Shown: positions 27,801-36,568 of the stretch, one piece after another
Layout of the letters: every line of letters begins with the position of its first letter
Position numbering within the stretch: the first letter of the stretch is position 1
The notes under the pieces: model-generated
The model's input: the letters and a program-made list of their open reading frames with translations, nothing else
Database searches by the model: none
Told to the model about the DNA's origin: nothing
Source: Gammaproteobacteria bacterium
GTDB taxonomy: Bacteria; Pseudomonadota; Gammaproteobacteria; Natronospirales; REEB76
Reading direction: 5' to 3'
DNA: 64,000 nucleotides
NCBI GenBank assembly: GCA_035465695.1
Contig: DATIVR010000057.1
Span: 803 to 64,802, forward strand
Made by a program: the position numbers and the translations under genes

Positions 27801-27943
27801 CTACCGGGGTGGGTACCGACTCTCAGCGTCCCTTTGCGCTGGTCATCGTCAGCGGCATGATCACGCGCCTCATCATCGGCGCATTCGTCATGCCGGCGCT
27901 CTATGCACTGGCGGCCCGGCCAGGCGACCGCCTGCAGGTGTGA
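24818..27943 (+). CDS. czcA: Heavy-metal efflux RND pump (CzcA/CusA family, CzcA-like TM4)
   Basis: 1041 aa with 12-TM RND architecture. The TM4 motif GAVDFGILVDGAIFMVENIF matches the divalent-cation HME type rather than the CusA type. Confidence 0.9.
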   Translation: MNESIKPEGVPAGSASIINRIVAFALEQRALVLLLSLLLAGVGIWALRHLPMDAYPDLSPPMVEVITQWPGHSAEEVERLITVPIELGMNGIPKLVTKRSISLYGLSDVTLTYGDGTDNYFARQRVFNRLSSITLPDGVAPSVSPLSSPSGLIYRYVLQSTDRSPMELKTWEDWVISPQYRSIPGVADDSAFGGGDMQYQLLLDPVKIAALGISVPQVEAALAANNGNAGGGFYSQGGQFFYVRGLGRLTTMDDIGNVVLAVHDGTPVLVKDVGQVKIGIAPRLGEFGYMDQNDAVEGVVLMQTGEKTQDVLRRIEAKTAELNGGLLPKDIRIHPFYDLSDLIARTTQVVEHNLLMGMLLVIAVLIFFLYDIRAGLIVAITIPLALLFAFYCLDLKDASANLLSIGAVDFGILVDGAIFMVENIFREVAARHGEDFDIKAVIRDAASEVDRPLVYAVAVIVASFLPIYVLTGPSGTLFRPMADTMIFALIGSLVVALTLLPVLCALLMRKGVRERRNAVYEKIKAAYGRWLDRSLDHAWQTTLISAGLLVLSLLLIPRIGAEFMPHLDEGTLWVRATMPYTVSFDEAAKITPEIRNILRSFPVVTTVTSELGRPDDGTDSTGFFNVEFFVGLKPYSEWDGSYRDKQALIDAIDRKLQVLPGIDFNYTQPAEDAVDEAETGLKSSLAVKIYGPDLATLQRKGKQIEQIMRHVSGITDVTLVHELGQPNLAITIKRAVIARYGLNVSDVNGIIGAAVGGDVATQVVQGEKQFDLVVRLQPRFRDNPQVIGDIPVATPTGQEIPLKVLADIQEANGASFIYREDNSRYIGVQFSVAGRDLAGTVDDAIGQVAKQVSLPHGYRLDWGGEYKEYTASRAQMDLVLPFTILLIFGLLFVLYGNFKFPFITVLGVLFSAPVGGIVALWATGIPFSVSSGIGFIVLFGVSVLTGVVYISCVNELRRDGRPLDAAIREAAILRLRPIMMTALVAALGLLPAAMATGVGTDSQRPFALVIVSGMITRLIIGAFVMPALYALAARPGDRLQV

Positions 27944-28002
27944 GATGCCACGAGCCGGTTTTCCGGCGGCTTGCTATGATGGCGCCATCACAGGTGTGAG
28001 AT
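27935..28002. repeat. 12-nt direct repeat (CAGGTGTGAGAT at 27935-27946 and 27991-28002) flanking a small hairpin and a perfect 14-bp palindrome (TGATGGCGCCATCA, 27977-27990)
   Basis: Read directly from the sequence. The first copy spans the czcA stop codon. The second abuts the palindrome 13 nt upstream of the holA GTG start. Confidence 0.7.
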
Positions 28003-28014
28003 CGGGCGGCACGC

Positions 28015-29007
28015 GTGAAAGTAGGGCCTGACAGACTCGGCCAACAACTGAAGTTCCCGTTGCCGCCGGTGATACTCATCGCCGGCGACGAGCCTCTGCA
28101 ACGGGAGGAGAGCGCGGATGCCATCCGCGCCGCCGCCCGTGGCCAGGGGTATACCGACCGCGAGGTGTTCGTGGCGGAACGCGGCTTCGAATGGGGCGCC
28201 ATGTTGAGCGCCGGCGCCAGTCTCTCGCTGTTCGCCTCGCGCCGCATCCTGGAGTTGCGCATCCCCAGCGCCAAACCCGGCCCGAAGGGCGCCGAGATAT
28301 TGGGCGAATATGCCAAGGATCCCGCGCCGGATACGCTGTTACTGGTGATCGCCGAAGACAAGCTGGAGGGGAACCCGGTCTGGGCGCAGGCCTTGGAGCG
28401 CGCCGGACTGTTCGTACAGGTCTGGCCCGTGGCGCCTGCCGAAGTGCCGGCCTGGGTACGCCAGCGCTTGAAAGGCAAGGGTTTCGAGGCTACGCCGGAT
28501 GCGGTGACGCTCATCGCCGGACGTGTGGAGGGCAACCTGCTGGCGGCCGCCCAAGAGGTGGAAAAGCTTGCGCTTCTGCGCGAACCCGGGATGTTGGACG
28601 CAGAGGCGGTCGCCGAAGCGGTGGCGGACAGCGCCCGCTACGACGCGTTCAAGCTGGTGGATGCGGCGCTGGCCGGCGATCTGCCGCGCACGGTGCGGGT
28701 ATTGGAAGGGCTCAAAGCGGAGGGCGAGGAGCCGGTGCTGATCCTGGGAGCGCTGCTCCGGCAGGTCAAGGAACTGGCCTCCCTGGCCTCGGAGATCGAG
28801 GCCGGTGCGCCGCCACAGCGAGCCTTGGCTGGCATCTGGGAACGGCGCCGACCCTTGGTGCAGGCTGCCCTCAAGCGGCGCAAGGCCGCGGGCTGGCAGC
28901 ATGTACTTAAACGGGCGCAACGGGTCGACCGGGTGCTCAAAGGCCGCGCCTGGGGTCGCCCCTGGGATGAACTGTTACACTTGTCTACAGAGATGGCGCT
29001 CAAGTAG
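28015..29007 (+). CDS. holA: DNA polymerase III subunit delta
   Basis: GTG start. N-terminus parallels E. coli HolA (PDRLGQQL...VILIAGDEPLQREE). Conserved lptE...holA-nadD context. Confidence 0.9.
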   Translation: MKVGPDRLGQQLKFPLPPVILIAGDEPLQREESADAIRAAARGQGYTDREVFVAERGFEWGAMLSAGASLSLFASRRILELRIPSAKPGPKGAEILGEYAKDPAPDTLLLVIAEDKLEGNPVWAQALERAGLFVQVWPVAPAEVPAWVRQRLKGKGFEATPDAVTLIAGRVEGNLLAAAQEVEKLALLREPGMLDAEAVAEAVADSARYDAFKLVDAALAGDLPRTVRVLEGLKAEGEEPVLILGALLRQVKELASLASEIEAGAPPQRALAGIWERRRPLVQAALKRRKAAGWQHVLKRAQRVDRVLKGRAWGRPWDELLHLSTEMALK

Positions 29008-29051
29008 CGCGATCACGTCTATATAAAGGTTCAGGAGAGCGCCAGGCGCGG

Positions 29052-29693
29052 ATGAGAAAGATCGGCATCTTCGGGGGCAGTTTCGACCCCGTTCACTACG
29101 GCCATCTCCGGCCCGCACTCGAGGTCCTCGAGGCGCTCTCACTGGACAGCATGCGATTCATCCCCAGCAGCCGGCCGCCACACCGTGAGGCGCCGCAGGC
29201 TTCCCCGGCCATGCGTCTTGCCATGCTGAAGGCGGGGATCGCGGACGAACCGCGTTTCCAGGTGGACGACCGCGAGCTCAAGCGTGCCACGCCGTCATAT
29301 ACGTTCGATACCCTGGCGGAACTAAAGACGGAGTATCCCCGGGACCGGTTAGTGCTGATGGTGGGGTTGGACGCCTTCCTGGGTTTCACGACCTGGCATC
29401 GCTGGAAGGAGATACTGGAGCTCGCCCATCTCGTGGTGGCGCACCGTCCAGGTTCGGCGTTGGATGCGCGTGGCGATATCGCCATGCTGGTGCAGGAGCG
29501 GGAGGCCGACGATGCGCAGGTGCTGCTCGACCGGGAAGCCGGCCACATCATGCTGTTGCCGGTGACGCAGTTGGAGATCTCTTCCAGCCGGCTACGTGAG
29601 ATGGTGGCGCACGGCGCGGACATACGGTACCTGGTGCCTGAGGCGGTGCGCCGCGTGATACAGGATTCGCATTGTTATGCAGAGGTGACCTGA
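29052..29693 (+). CDS. nadD: Nicotinate-nucleotide adenylyltransferase
   Basis: [16 protein letters not shown] (HxGH nucleotidyltransferase motif) and the ISSSRLRE motif. Confidence 0.93.
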   Translation: MRKIGIFGGSFDPVHYGHLRPALEVLEALSLDSMRFIPSSRPPHREAPQASPAMRLAMLKAGIADEPRFQVDDRELKRATPSYTFDTLAELKTEYPRDRLVLMVGLDAFLGFTTWHRWKEILELAHLVVAHRPGSALDARGDIAMLVQEREADDAQVLLDREAGHIMLLPVTQLEISSSRLREMVAHGADIRYLVPEAVRRVIQDSHCYAEVT

Positions 29694-30034
29694 TGAAACC
29701 CGAGAAGCTCAAGGACCTGGTGGTGGAAGCGTTGGAGGACATGAAGGGTGTGGACATCCGCGTGCTGGATGTGCGCGGCATGACTGCCATCACCGACTTC
29801 ATGGTGATCGTGAGCGGCACCTCGGACCGTCACGTGAAATCGCTGGCGCGCAACGCGCTCGACAAGGTCCGCGAGCACAAGGTGAAACCCATCGGCGTCG
29901 AAGGTGAGCAGGGGGGGGAGTGGGTGCTGGTGGACCTGGGGGATCTGGTGCTGCACGTGATGCGCCCGCAGGTGCGCGACTTCTACAACCTGGAGAAGCT
30001 CTGGGTGCCGGAGATGAACAAGGCCGCCTCCTGA
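29693..30034 (+). CDS. rsfS: Ribosomal silencing factor RsfS
   Basis: [32 protein letters not shown]. The ATG at 29693 overlaps the nadD stop (TGATG). The ORF-track start at 29672 is less likely. Confidence 0.9.
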   Translation: MKPEKLKDLVVEALEDMKGVDIRVLDVRGMTAITDFMVIVSGTSDRHVKSLARNALDKVREHKVKPIGVEGEQGGEWVLVDLGDLVLHVMRPQVRDFYNLEKLWVPEMNKAAS

Positions 30035-30041
30035 GGCTGCC

Positions 30042-30512
30042 GTGCGCATCCACCTCATCGCCGCCGGTACGCGCATGCCGTCCTGGGTCACGGAGGGCTT
30101 CGCGGACTATGCCGGACGCCTGCCGCCGGAATGCCGGCTGCTCCTGAAGGAGATCCCCCTGGGCGCGGCGCGCGGCGGCGGCGACACGCGCAAGGCCATG
30201 CAGGAGGAAGCGACGAAGATGCTGGCGGCGCTGCCGGAGGGCGCAGGCATCACCGCCCTTGAAGTGCGTGGCAAGGCTCTCGATACCGAAGCCCTGGCGA
30301 GACTCCTGAACGGCTGGCTGCAGGAAGGCCGCGACCAGGCCTTGCTGGTCGGCGGTCCCGATGGGCTTGCGCCTGAATGCACCGCCAAGGCGAATCTGAG
30401 ATGGTCCCTGTCACCTCTCACGTTGCCCCACGGCCTGGTGCGGGTGGTGGTGGCGGAACAACTCTATCGGGCCTGGTCCATCCTCAAGAATCATCCCTAT
30501 CACCGCGCATGA
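30042..30512 (+). CDS. rlmH: 23S rRNA (pseudouridine1915-N3)-methyltransferase
   Basis: MRIHLIAAGTRMPSWVTEGFADY parallels E. coli RlmH. SPOUT C-terminus (LSLSPLTLPHGLVRVVVAEQLYRAW). Confidence 0.93.
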   Translation: MRIHLIAAGTRMPSWVTEGFADYAGRLPPECRLLLKEIPLGAARGGGDTRKAMQEEATKMLAALPEGAGITALEVRGKALDTEALARLLNGWLQEGRDQALLVGGPDGLAPECTAKANLRWSLSPLTLPHGLVRVVVAEQLYRAWSILKNHPYHRA

Positions 30513-31090
30513 AGACCCCGCAGTTCTACCTGGCCTCCACCTCGCCGCGCCGCAAGCAGCTGCTGGAACAGCTGGGCTTGCGCTTCGAATTGCTGGCAGT
30601 GGAGGTAGACGAGGCCGCCAGGCCCGCGGAGCCACCCCGGGATTATGTCCTTCGGGTGGCGCTCCTCAAGGCCGAAGCGGTTGCAGCCAAGCTGGATAAG
30701 CCCGCCGTGCCCATATTGGCGGCCGACACCACGGTGGCGCTGGACGGGGACATCCTGGGCAAGCCGAGGGACCGGCAGGACGCCATCGAGATGCTGGTCC
30801 GCCTCGGGGGGCGGCGGCATCAAGTATTATCGGCAGTAGCCCTATGGCACGAGGGCGTCCTGGAGACGGCCCTGAGTGAGAGCCAGGTCCGCTTCCGCGG
30901 GATCAGCCCCGCCGAGGCGGGGGCCTATTGGGACAGCGGCGAACCCAGGGACAAAGCCGGCGCCTACGGCATCCAGGGCTTGGGCGCCATATTCGTCGCA
31001 AGCCTGGAAGGCAGTTACAGCGGCGTCATGGGTCTGCCGCTCTTCGAGACCGCGGCCTTGCTCGGCACGGCGAAGGTGCGGGTGCTCTGA
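30509..31090 (+). CDS. maf: Maf-family nucleoside triphosphate pyrophosphatase
   Basis: LASTSPRRKQLLEQLG and KAGAYGIQG motifs. The ATG at 30509 overlaps the rlmH stop. The upstream ORF extension to 30377 is rejected. Confidence 0.9.
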   Translation: MKTPQFYLASTSPRRKQLLEQLGLRFELLAVEVDEAARPAEPPRDYVLRVALLKAEAVAAKLDKPAVPILAADTTVALDGDILGKPRDRQDAIEMLVRLGGRRHQVLSAVALWHEGVLETALSESQVRFRGISPAEAGAYWDSGEPRDKAGAYGIQGLGAIFVASLEGSYSGVMGLPLFETAALLGTAKVRVL

Positions 31091-31094
31091 AACG

Positions 31095-31140
31095 AGGGTT
31101 CAGGAGTGGAGAGTTCCGTGACTCTCCACTCCTCAACCCT
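31095..31140 (+). other. Long GC-rich stem-loop in the maf-rng spacer
   Basis: Perfect 12-bp arms GGAGTGGAGAGT (31103-31114) and ACTCTCCACTCC (31121-31132) with a 6-nt loop. After one mismatch the stem extends through GGGTT/AACCC. No U-tract follows. Confidence 0.6.
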
Positions 31141-31158
31141 TAACTTCCGAGTGCACCC

Positions 31159-32631
31159 ATGAGCGAAGAGATCCTGATCAATGTCACTCCGCGGGAGACC
31201 CGGGTGGCGCTGTTGGACCACGGCGTGTTGCAGGAGATCTATATCGAGCGCACCCGCCGGCGGGGGCTGGTGGGCAACATCTATAAGGGCACCGTCACAC
31301 GGGTGCTGCCCGGCATGCAGGCGGCATTCGTCGAACTGGGTCTTGCACGCACCGCCTTCCTGCATGCATCCGACGTCGGACATGCCCGAGCTCTCACTGA
31401 CCCTGACGCCTCGCATCCCCCGGCACCGGACGTGCGCGAGTTGCTGCACGAGGGCCAAGAAGTGCTGGTGCAGGTGCTCAAGGATCCGCTTGGCACCAAG
31501 GGTGCTCGGCTCACCACTCGCATCAGCATCCCGTCCCGTTACCTCGTCTACATGCCGGAGGGCAGCGGTGTCGGCCTGTCCACCCGCATCGAGGACGAGG
31601 CGGAACGGGAACGCCTGAAACAGCACATCGAGAGCCTCCTGCCCGAACATTCCCCGGGCGGCTACATCGCGCGCACTGCCGCTGAAGGCGCCGAGCCGGA
31701 GGCTTTGCGCGCAGATATGTTGTTCCTGAACAAGCTGTGGGAGAGCCTACGTGCGGGAGCATCGGCGGCGAAACCCGGCCAGCTGGTGCACGAGGATCTG
31801 CCGCTGGCGGTGCGGATCCTGCGTGATCTGTCCGGCGAACCGGTGCAGCGCGTGCGAGTGGATTCGGCCGATACTGCGACACGCATGCGCCAGTTCACGG
31901 CGAGTTTCATCCCGGCCATGGGGGAACGCATCGCCCTGCATGAAGGTCCCCGGCCCATCTTCGAGCAGCATGGCATCGAGGAAGAGATCCAGCGGGCCTT
32001 GGAGCGCAAGGTGGCACTCAAGTCCGGTGGCCACCTCATCATCGACCAGACCGAGGCCATGACCACCATCGACGTCAACACCGGCGCCTACGTGGGCAAG
32101 AGCAATCTGGAAGACACCATCCTTCGCACCAACCTGGAGGCGGCGCAGGCCATCGCCCGCCAGCTCAAGCTGCGCAACCTCGGAGGCATCATCATCGTCG
32201 ACTTCATCGACATGGATGAGGAGAGCCACAAGCAGGCGGTGCTGGAGTCCTTGGAGTTGGCGTTGGCATCCGACCATGCCAAGACCCAGGTGACCGCGGT
32301 GTCTGCCTTGGGCCTGGTGGAGATGACGCGCAAGCGTACCCGCGAGAGCCTGGAGCACGTGCTGTGCGAGCCTTGTCCCACCTGTCAGGGGCGTGGTTCG
32401 GTCAAGAGCGCCGAGACGGTCTGCTACGAAGTGTTCCGGCAGGTGCTGCGTACCACCCGGCAGCAGGACGTGGCGGAACTCCGGGTGCTGGCGGCACAAG
32501 AGGTGGTGGACCTGCTGCTGGACCAGGAGGCGCCGGCGCTGGCGGAGGTGTCGGCCCAGGCCGGCAAGCCGATCCGGTTGCAGGTCGAATCCCTCTACAG
32601 CCCCGAACAGTTCGATGTGGTGCCCATCTGA
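31159..32631 (+). CDS. rng: Ribonuclease G
   Basis: S1 domain (GNIYKGTVTRVLPGMQAAFVELG), RNase E/G catalytic core (IIDQTEAMTTIDVNTG) and a CPxCxGxG zinc link. Confidence 0.95.
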   Translation: MSEEILINVTPRETRVALLDHGVLQEIYIERTRRRGLVGNIYKGTVTRVLPGMQAAFVELGLARTAFLHASDVGHARALTDPDASHPPAPDVRELLHEGQEVLVQVLKDPLGTKGARLTTRISIPSRYLVYMPEGSGVGLSTRIEDEAERERLKQHIESLLPEHSPGGYIARTAAEGAEPEALRADMLFLNKLWESLRAGASAAKPGQLVHEDLPLAVRILRDLSGEPVQRVRVDSADTATRMRQFTASFIPAMGERIALHEGPRPIFEQHGIEEEIQRALERKVALKSGGHLIIDQTEAMTTIDVNTGAYVGKSNLEDTILRTNLEAAQAIARQLKLRNLGGIIIVDFIDMDEESHKQAVLESLELALASDHAKTQVTAVSALGLVEMTRKRTRESLEHVLCEPCPTCQGRGSVKSAETVCYEVFRQVLRTTRQQDVAELRVLAAQEVVDLLLDQEAPALAEVSAQAGKPIRLQVESLYSPEQFDVVPI

Positions 32632-35600
32632 TGGGTAACTGGCAGCGGCGCCTGTGGAAGTGGAGTGCCGGGGCGTTTGCGGTCCTGGTGATCCTGCTCG
32701 CCACCGTGGCCGGCCTGTTCCGCCTCGTGACGCCGCTGGTACCGTCCTATCGCCTGCAGATCGAACAGTGGGCAAGCACCCAGCTGCAGCATCCCGTGCA
32801 GATACATTCCATGGGCGCGGGTTGGAGCTGGACCGGCCCGGAGGTGACGTTGCAGGACGCCAGCATCCTGAGCCATGACCGGAGCCGGCAAGTGGTGGCG
32901 GCGCGGGAGGTACGGCTCAGCCTGGATTGGCGAGCCGTGATCCACGGCCGCCTGCCTCAACCCAGTCGCGTGGTACTGGTCGATCCACGCCTGGAAGTGG
33001 AACGGGACCCGCAAGGTGATTACAGCATCCGCGGCCTTGGCAAGCCGGCCCAGGGCGAGACCACCGACTGGCGCCGTACCTTGCAGGAGCTCCTGGCTGA
33101 GTCTGCAGAGATCGTGGTCAGAGATGGCCAAGTCACGCTATTCGATGCGCGTCGCCCCGTACCGCTGACCTTCAAGGGCATCGGTGTGCGCATCGACAAC
33201 GCTCCCGACGATCATCGTCTGCACGGCGAGGCCATACTCCCCGCTGAACTCGGCAAGACGCTCAGTTTCGACCTGGCCATCCAGGGCGAAGGCGTCGATT
33301 TCAGCAAGTGGGATTGGCAGCTGCATTCCGAAGGCAGGGCGTTGGAACTCGCGCGGCTGCTTACCTATGCCCCTCTGCAACAGATCTATCTGGCCGCCGG
33401 CAAGGCCGATCTCAGTGTCGATGTGCAAACCACCCAGGACAAGCTGCAGCACCTCGCCTTGAGTGTCGATGCCCATGACCTGGTCTCGGCGCCGCCCCTG
33501 CGCGAAAGCGCCTTGCCGGTGTTACGCGGCGACATGCAGATCGACCGCACCGGTTCAGGCTGGCGATTCCAGGCGCGCCACCTGATGATACAGCGGCTGG
33601 GCCTTCCGGCCTGGCCCAAGGACAACCTGGACCTGGAATATGAACATGCCAGCGACGGCGACAGCTGGTCCGGAGACGCCGATTTCCTGCGCCTGCAGGA
33701 TATGGAGGCGCTCACCGCCTGGGCACCGTCCCTCACCGCTGATCAGATGAAGCGACTGCAGGCTTTTGCGCCAACCGGCGATGTCACCCGGCTCGCTTTC
33801 AAGCTGCTCTGGGACGGCAAGAGCGCCCAAGACTGGTCGGTGAAGGCCGGCTTCAAGGAATTGGGAGTACGCGCCGCTGAAGGCTTACCCGGTTTCGCCG
33901 ACATGGATGGCGACATCGATATGGCCGACAGCGGTGGCCAAGCACATATCGACACCCCGGACGCACAGCTGGATTTCCGCCCGTTGTTCCGCGGTGTGTT
34001 CCGCGGCACCGCGAGGCTCAACGTGCGGACAGATCATGACGTACAGGGCTGGCGTGTCGCCACCGACAGCTTCGAGGTGGCGAATCCGGATGGCGCTGCT
34101 CACGGCCGTGCGGCACTGCAGTTCCCTGCGGACGGCACCGCGCCGGTGCTGGACCTCGACGCGACGGTGGATCGCGCCGATGCGCGCAACAAGTCCCTGT
34201 ACTTGCCGGTGGGCATCATGCCGCTGCAAGTGGTGTCCTGGCTCGACCGTTCCATCAAGTCCGGCGAGGTGACTTCCGGTACCGTGGCCATCCATGGCAA
34301 GACCTCAGACTTCCCGTTTTGGGATGACAAGAAGGGCACGTTCGACATCCGGTTCCATGTGCAGCATGCGGAGCTCGATTATTTTCCCGGCTGGCCCGCC
34401 TTGAAGGATATGGATGCGGACGTGCGCTTCCTGGACCAAGGACTCTCGGCCAAGGCCCATGGCGGCACCATCGATGGGCTCACCATCAGAGACGGCAGCA
34501 CGGCGGCCTTCGCCGACCTCGCCAAGGGCGTCCTCAAGGTGGATGGCGCGGCCAAGGGGCCGGCGACCGGCGGGTTGGATTTCCTGCGTACCGGCCCGCT
34601 GAAGGCGGACCTGGACGGTCTCCTGGACGACTTCACGGCCGCGGGGAACGTGGGCGTGGACGTACATTTCACGCTGCCGGTGGCAGATGCGAAGGATTTC
34701 ACCTTGCAGGGCAGTGCGACCTTGCACGATGCGAGCACCGGACCGCAGTCGGTACCCGAGTTGACCGCTTCTCACCTCAACGGCAAGGTGGACTTCGGCA
34801 ACTACGGTTTCTCCACCACCGGTGTCCAGGGCCAGTTCCTGGGCGGGCCGCTCTCAGTTACGGTGCAGCACTCCCGGGGCGAGCAGAAGGTGGCGCTGGT
34901 GGATGCCCACGGCGATGCCGCGGGCGCCGCGATCGGCGCAGCCTTGGGCTATGGAAGCGAACGTTGGCTGGCAGGCCGCACCGCCTGGCAGTTGCAGGGG
35001 CGCGTGCCCTTGGCGGCGGGCGCCCAGGCCCTGGACCTGGAATTGCACTCGAACTTGGCCGGCCTCGCCATCAAGGTACCCGATCCGTTCGGCAAGGCGG
35101 CCGACGAGGAGCGCACATTGCAGGTGGCGCTGAGACAGGAGGCCCCTGAGTCCCTCTCGGTGAGTGGTAGTTACGGCGGGAGCCTGGGTTTGCGGCTCGA
35201 CTTCACCACCCGCAAAGGGGCGGGCGGGTTTGACCGGGGGGAACTCAGGATCGGCGAGGGCTCGGCGCCCGAGATCACTGGTCAGGGGCTGGTCGTGAAG
35301 GGCGACCTGGATACCTTCGATTGGGACGAGTGGAAGCCCTTGTTACCACCGGACGTGGCGAACGCCAGCGCCGCTGCGGCGGAAACCGAACCGGGTGGAC
35401 GCAGTAGTGTGATCCCCGGCTTCCTGCGCAATGTGGACCTCAACATCGCCCATGCCGCGGGGTTCGAGCAGAGCATCGACGATCTGCATCTCACCTTGGC
35501 GCGCAACGCGGCCGGATGGCTCGGGCACGTGGATAGCGGACCGATCGCCGGCAGCATGGCCGTACCCATCAAGGTGGACGCCGAACATCCCGTCGTGCTG

Positions 35601-36554
35601 AACATGGACAGGGTGTTGCTGGCAGACAAGTCAGGCGGATTGAAGCAGTTTGCGAAGCAGGCAGTGGCTCCGGACCGCCCCAAGGCAGCCGCAAAACTGG
35701 ACCCGCGCAGCATCCCGGCCCTGCGCTTCAGCATCAAACAGTTCCAGTTCGGCGCAATGGCGTTGAGCAACGTCAGCCTGTCGTTGGTGCCGCGTGCCGA
35801 CGGCATCGCATTGGAGGACGTCAAGGTGACGGATCCCAGCTTCGCCATCACCGGCGATGGCAGCTGGACGGTCACGCCGGCAGGCCAGCAGCACACCACT
35901 TTGAATGCCGACGTCGAGAGCAAGGACGTGGGAAGATCGCTGCAGTCCCTGGGTTTTGACCCAGGCATCACCGGCGACAAAGGCAGCATCGTCGCTTCCC
36001 TCGACTGGCGGGACAGCCCCATGGGCGAGGTGGTGCCGACCCTCGGTGGCACCATCCACATAGACCTGCGCGATGGCCAGATCACCGAAGTGAAACCCGG
36101 CGCCGGCCGGCTGTTCGGCCTGCTCAGCATCACCGCGCTGCCGCGCCGGGTACTGCTCAACTTCAGTGACGTGTTCGGCAAGGGATTCGGCTACGACAGC
36201 ATCACCGGGGACTTCACCCTCCAGGAGGGCGACGCCTATACCCAGAACATGCTGATCAAAGGTCCCGCGGCCAGTATCCATCTCCTGGGCCGCACCGGCC
36301 TCGCCAAACAGGACTTCGATGAAGCGTTGATCGTGGATCCCAACGTGGGCTCCACACTGCCGGTGGTAGCCGGTCTCGCGGCTGGCCTGGTGCCTGGCGC
36401 GGTGGTGTTCCTGCTGACCGAGATATTCCAGAAGCCCATCAGCAAGGCCGGCGAGAGCCGCTACCACCTGACTGGCACTTGGGAGGCGCCGACGCTCACC
36501 AAGATGAATGGCTCAACCCCCGCGCCGGCAGCCGCCACCGCTCCTAAACCGTAG
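32631..36554 (+). CDS. yhdP: YhdP-family (AsmA-like, TIGR02099-type) envelope protein
   Basis: About 1300 aa with a single N-terminal TM (WKWSAGAFAVLVILLATVAGLF). Conserved C-terminal region (LLSITALPRRVLLNFSDVFGKGFGYD). maf-rng-yhdP synteny. The ATG at 32631 overlaps the rng stop. Confidence 0.9.
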   Translation: MGNWQRRLWKWSAGAFAVLVILLATVAGLFRLVTPLVPSYRLQIEQWASTQLQHPVQIHSMGAGWSWTGPEVTLQDASILSHDRSRQVVAAREVRLSLDWRAVIHGRLPQPSRVVLVDPRLEVERDPQGDYSIRGLGKPAQGETTDWRRTLQELLAESAEIVVRDGQVTLFDARRPVPLTFKGIGVRIDNAPDDHRLHGEAILPAELGKTLSFDLAIQGEGVDFSKWDWQLHSEGRALELARLLTYAPLQQIYLAAGKADLSVDVQTTQDKLQHLALSVDAHDLVSAPPLRESALPVLRGDMQIDRTGSGWRFQARHLMIQRLGLPAWPKDNLDLEYEHASDGDSWSGDADFLRLQDMEALTAWAPSLTADQMKRLQAFAPTGDVTRLAFKLLWDGKSAQDWSVKAGFKELGVRAAEGLPGFADMDGDIDMADSGGQAHIDTPDAQLDFRPLFRGVFRGTARLNVRTDHDVQGWRVATDSFEVANPDGAAHGRAALQFPADGTAPVLDLDATVDRADARNKSLYLPVGIMPLQVVSWLDRSIKSGEVTSGTVAIHGKTSDFPFWDDKKGTFDIRFHVQHAELDYFPGWPALKDMDADVRFLDQGLSAKAHGGTIDGLTIRDGSTAAFADLAKGVLKVDGAAKGPATGGLDFLRTGPLKADLDGLLDDFTAAGNVGVDVHFTLPVADAKDFTLQGSATLHDASTGPQSVPELTASHLNGKVDFGNYGFSTTGVQGQFLGGPLSVTVQHSRGEQKVALVDAHGDAAGAAIGAALGYGSERWLAGRTAWQLQGRVPLAAGAQALDLELHSNLAGLAIKVPDPFGKAADEERTLQVALRQEAPESLSVSGSYGGSLGLRLDFTTRKGAGGFDRGELRIGEGSAPEITGQGLVVKGDLDTFDWDEWKPLLPPDVANASAAAAETEPGGRSSVIPGFLRNVDLNIAHAAGFEQSIDDLHLTLARNAAGWLGHVDSGPIAGSMAVPIKVDAEHPVVLNMDRVLLADKSGGLKQFAKQAVAPDRPKAAAKLDPRSIPALRFSIKQFQFGAMALSNVSLSLVPRADGIALEDVKVTDPSFAITGDGSWTVTPAGQQHTTLNADVESKDVGRSLQSLGFDPGITGDKGSIVASLDWRDSPMGEVVPTLGGTIHIDLRDGQITEVKPGAGRLFGLLSITALPRRVLLNFSDVFGKGFGYDSITGDFTLQEGDAYTQNMLIKGPAASIHLLGRTGLAKQDFDEALIVDPNVGSTLPVVAGLAAGLVPGAVVFLLTEIFQKPISKAGESRYHLTGTWEAPTLTKMNGSTPAPAAATAPKP

Positions 36555-36568
36555 TACCCTTGCGAGCC

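Noticed and set aside
21759-27943. Calling the czc block a mobile element or genomic island.
   Set aside because: There are no mobility genes and no terminal inverted repeats. Composition looks the same as the flanks. Only a 12-nt duplication at the right junction was found, so it is reported as a synteny interruption rather than annotated as a mobile_element.
32364-32630. 5' extension of the YhdP ORF (89 extra codons) overlapping the end of rng. Similar extensions exist for maf (30377), purK (to 40553), yjgA (to 41468), pcm (to 63559) and the Wzy_C gene (16737).
   Set aside because: The extensions overlap conserved upstream coding sequence and translate to Gly/Arg/Pro-rich junk. Internal ATGs that form stop/start overlaps reproduce the canonical N-termini.
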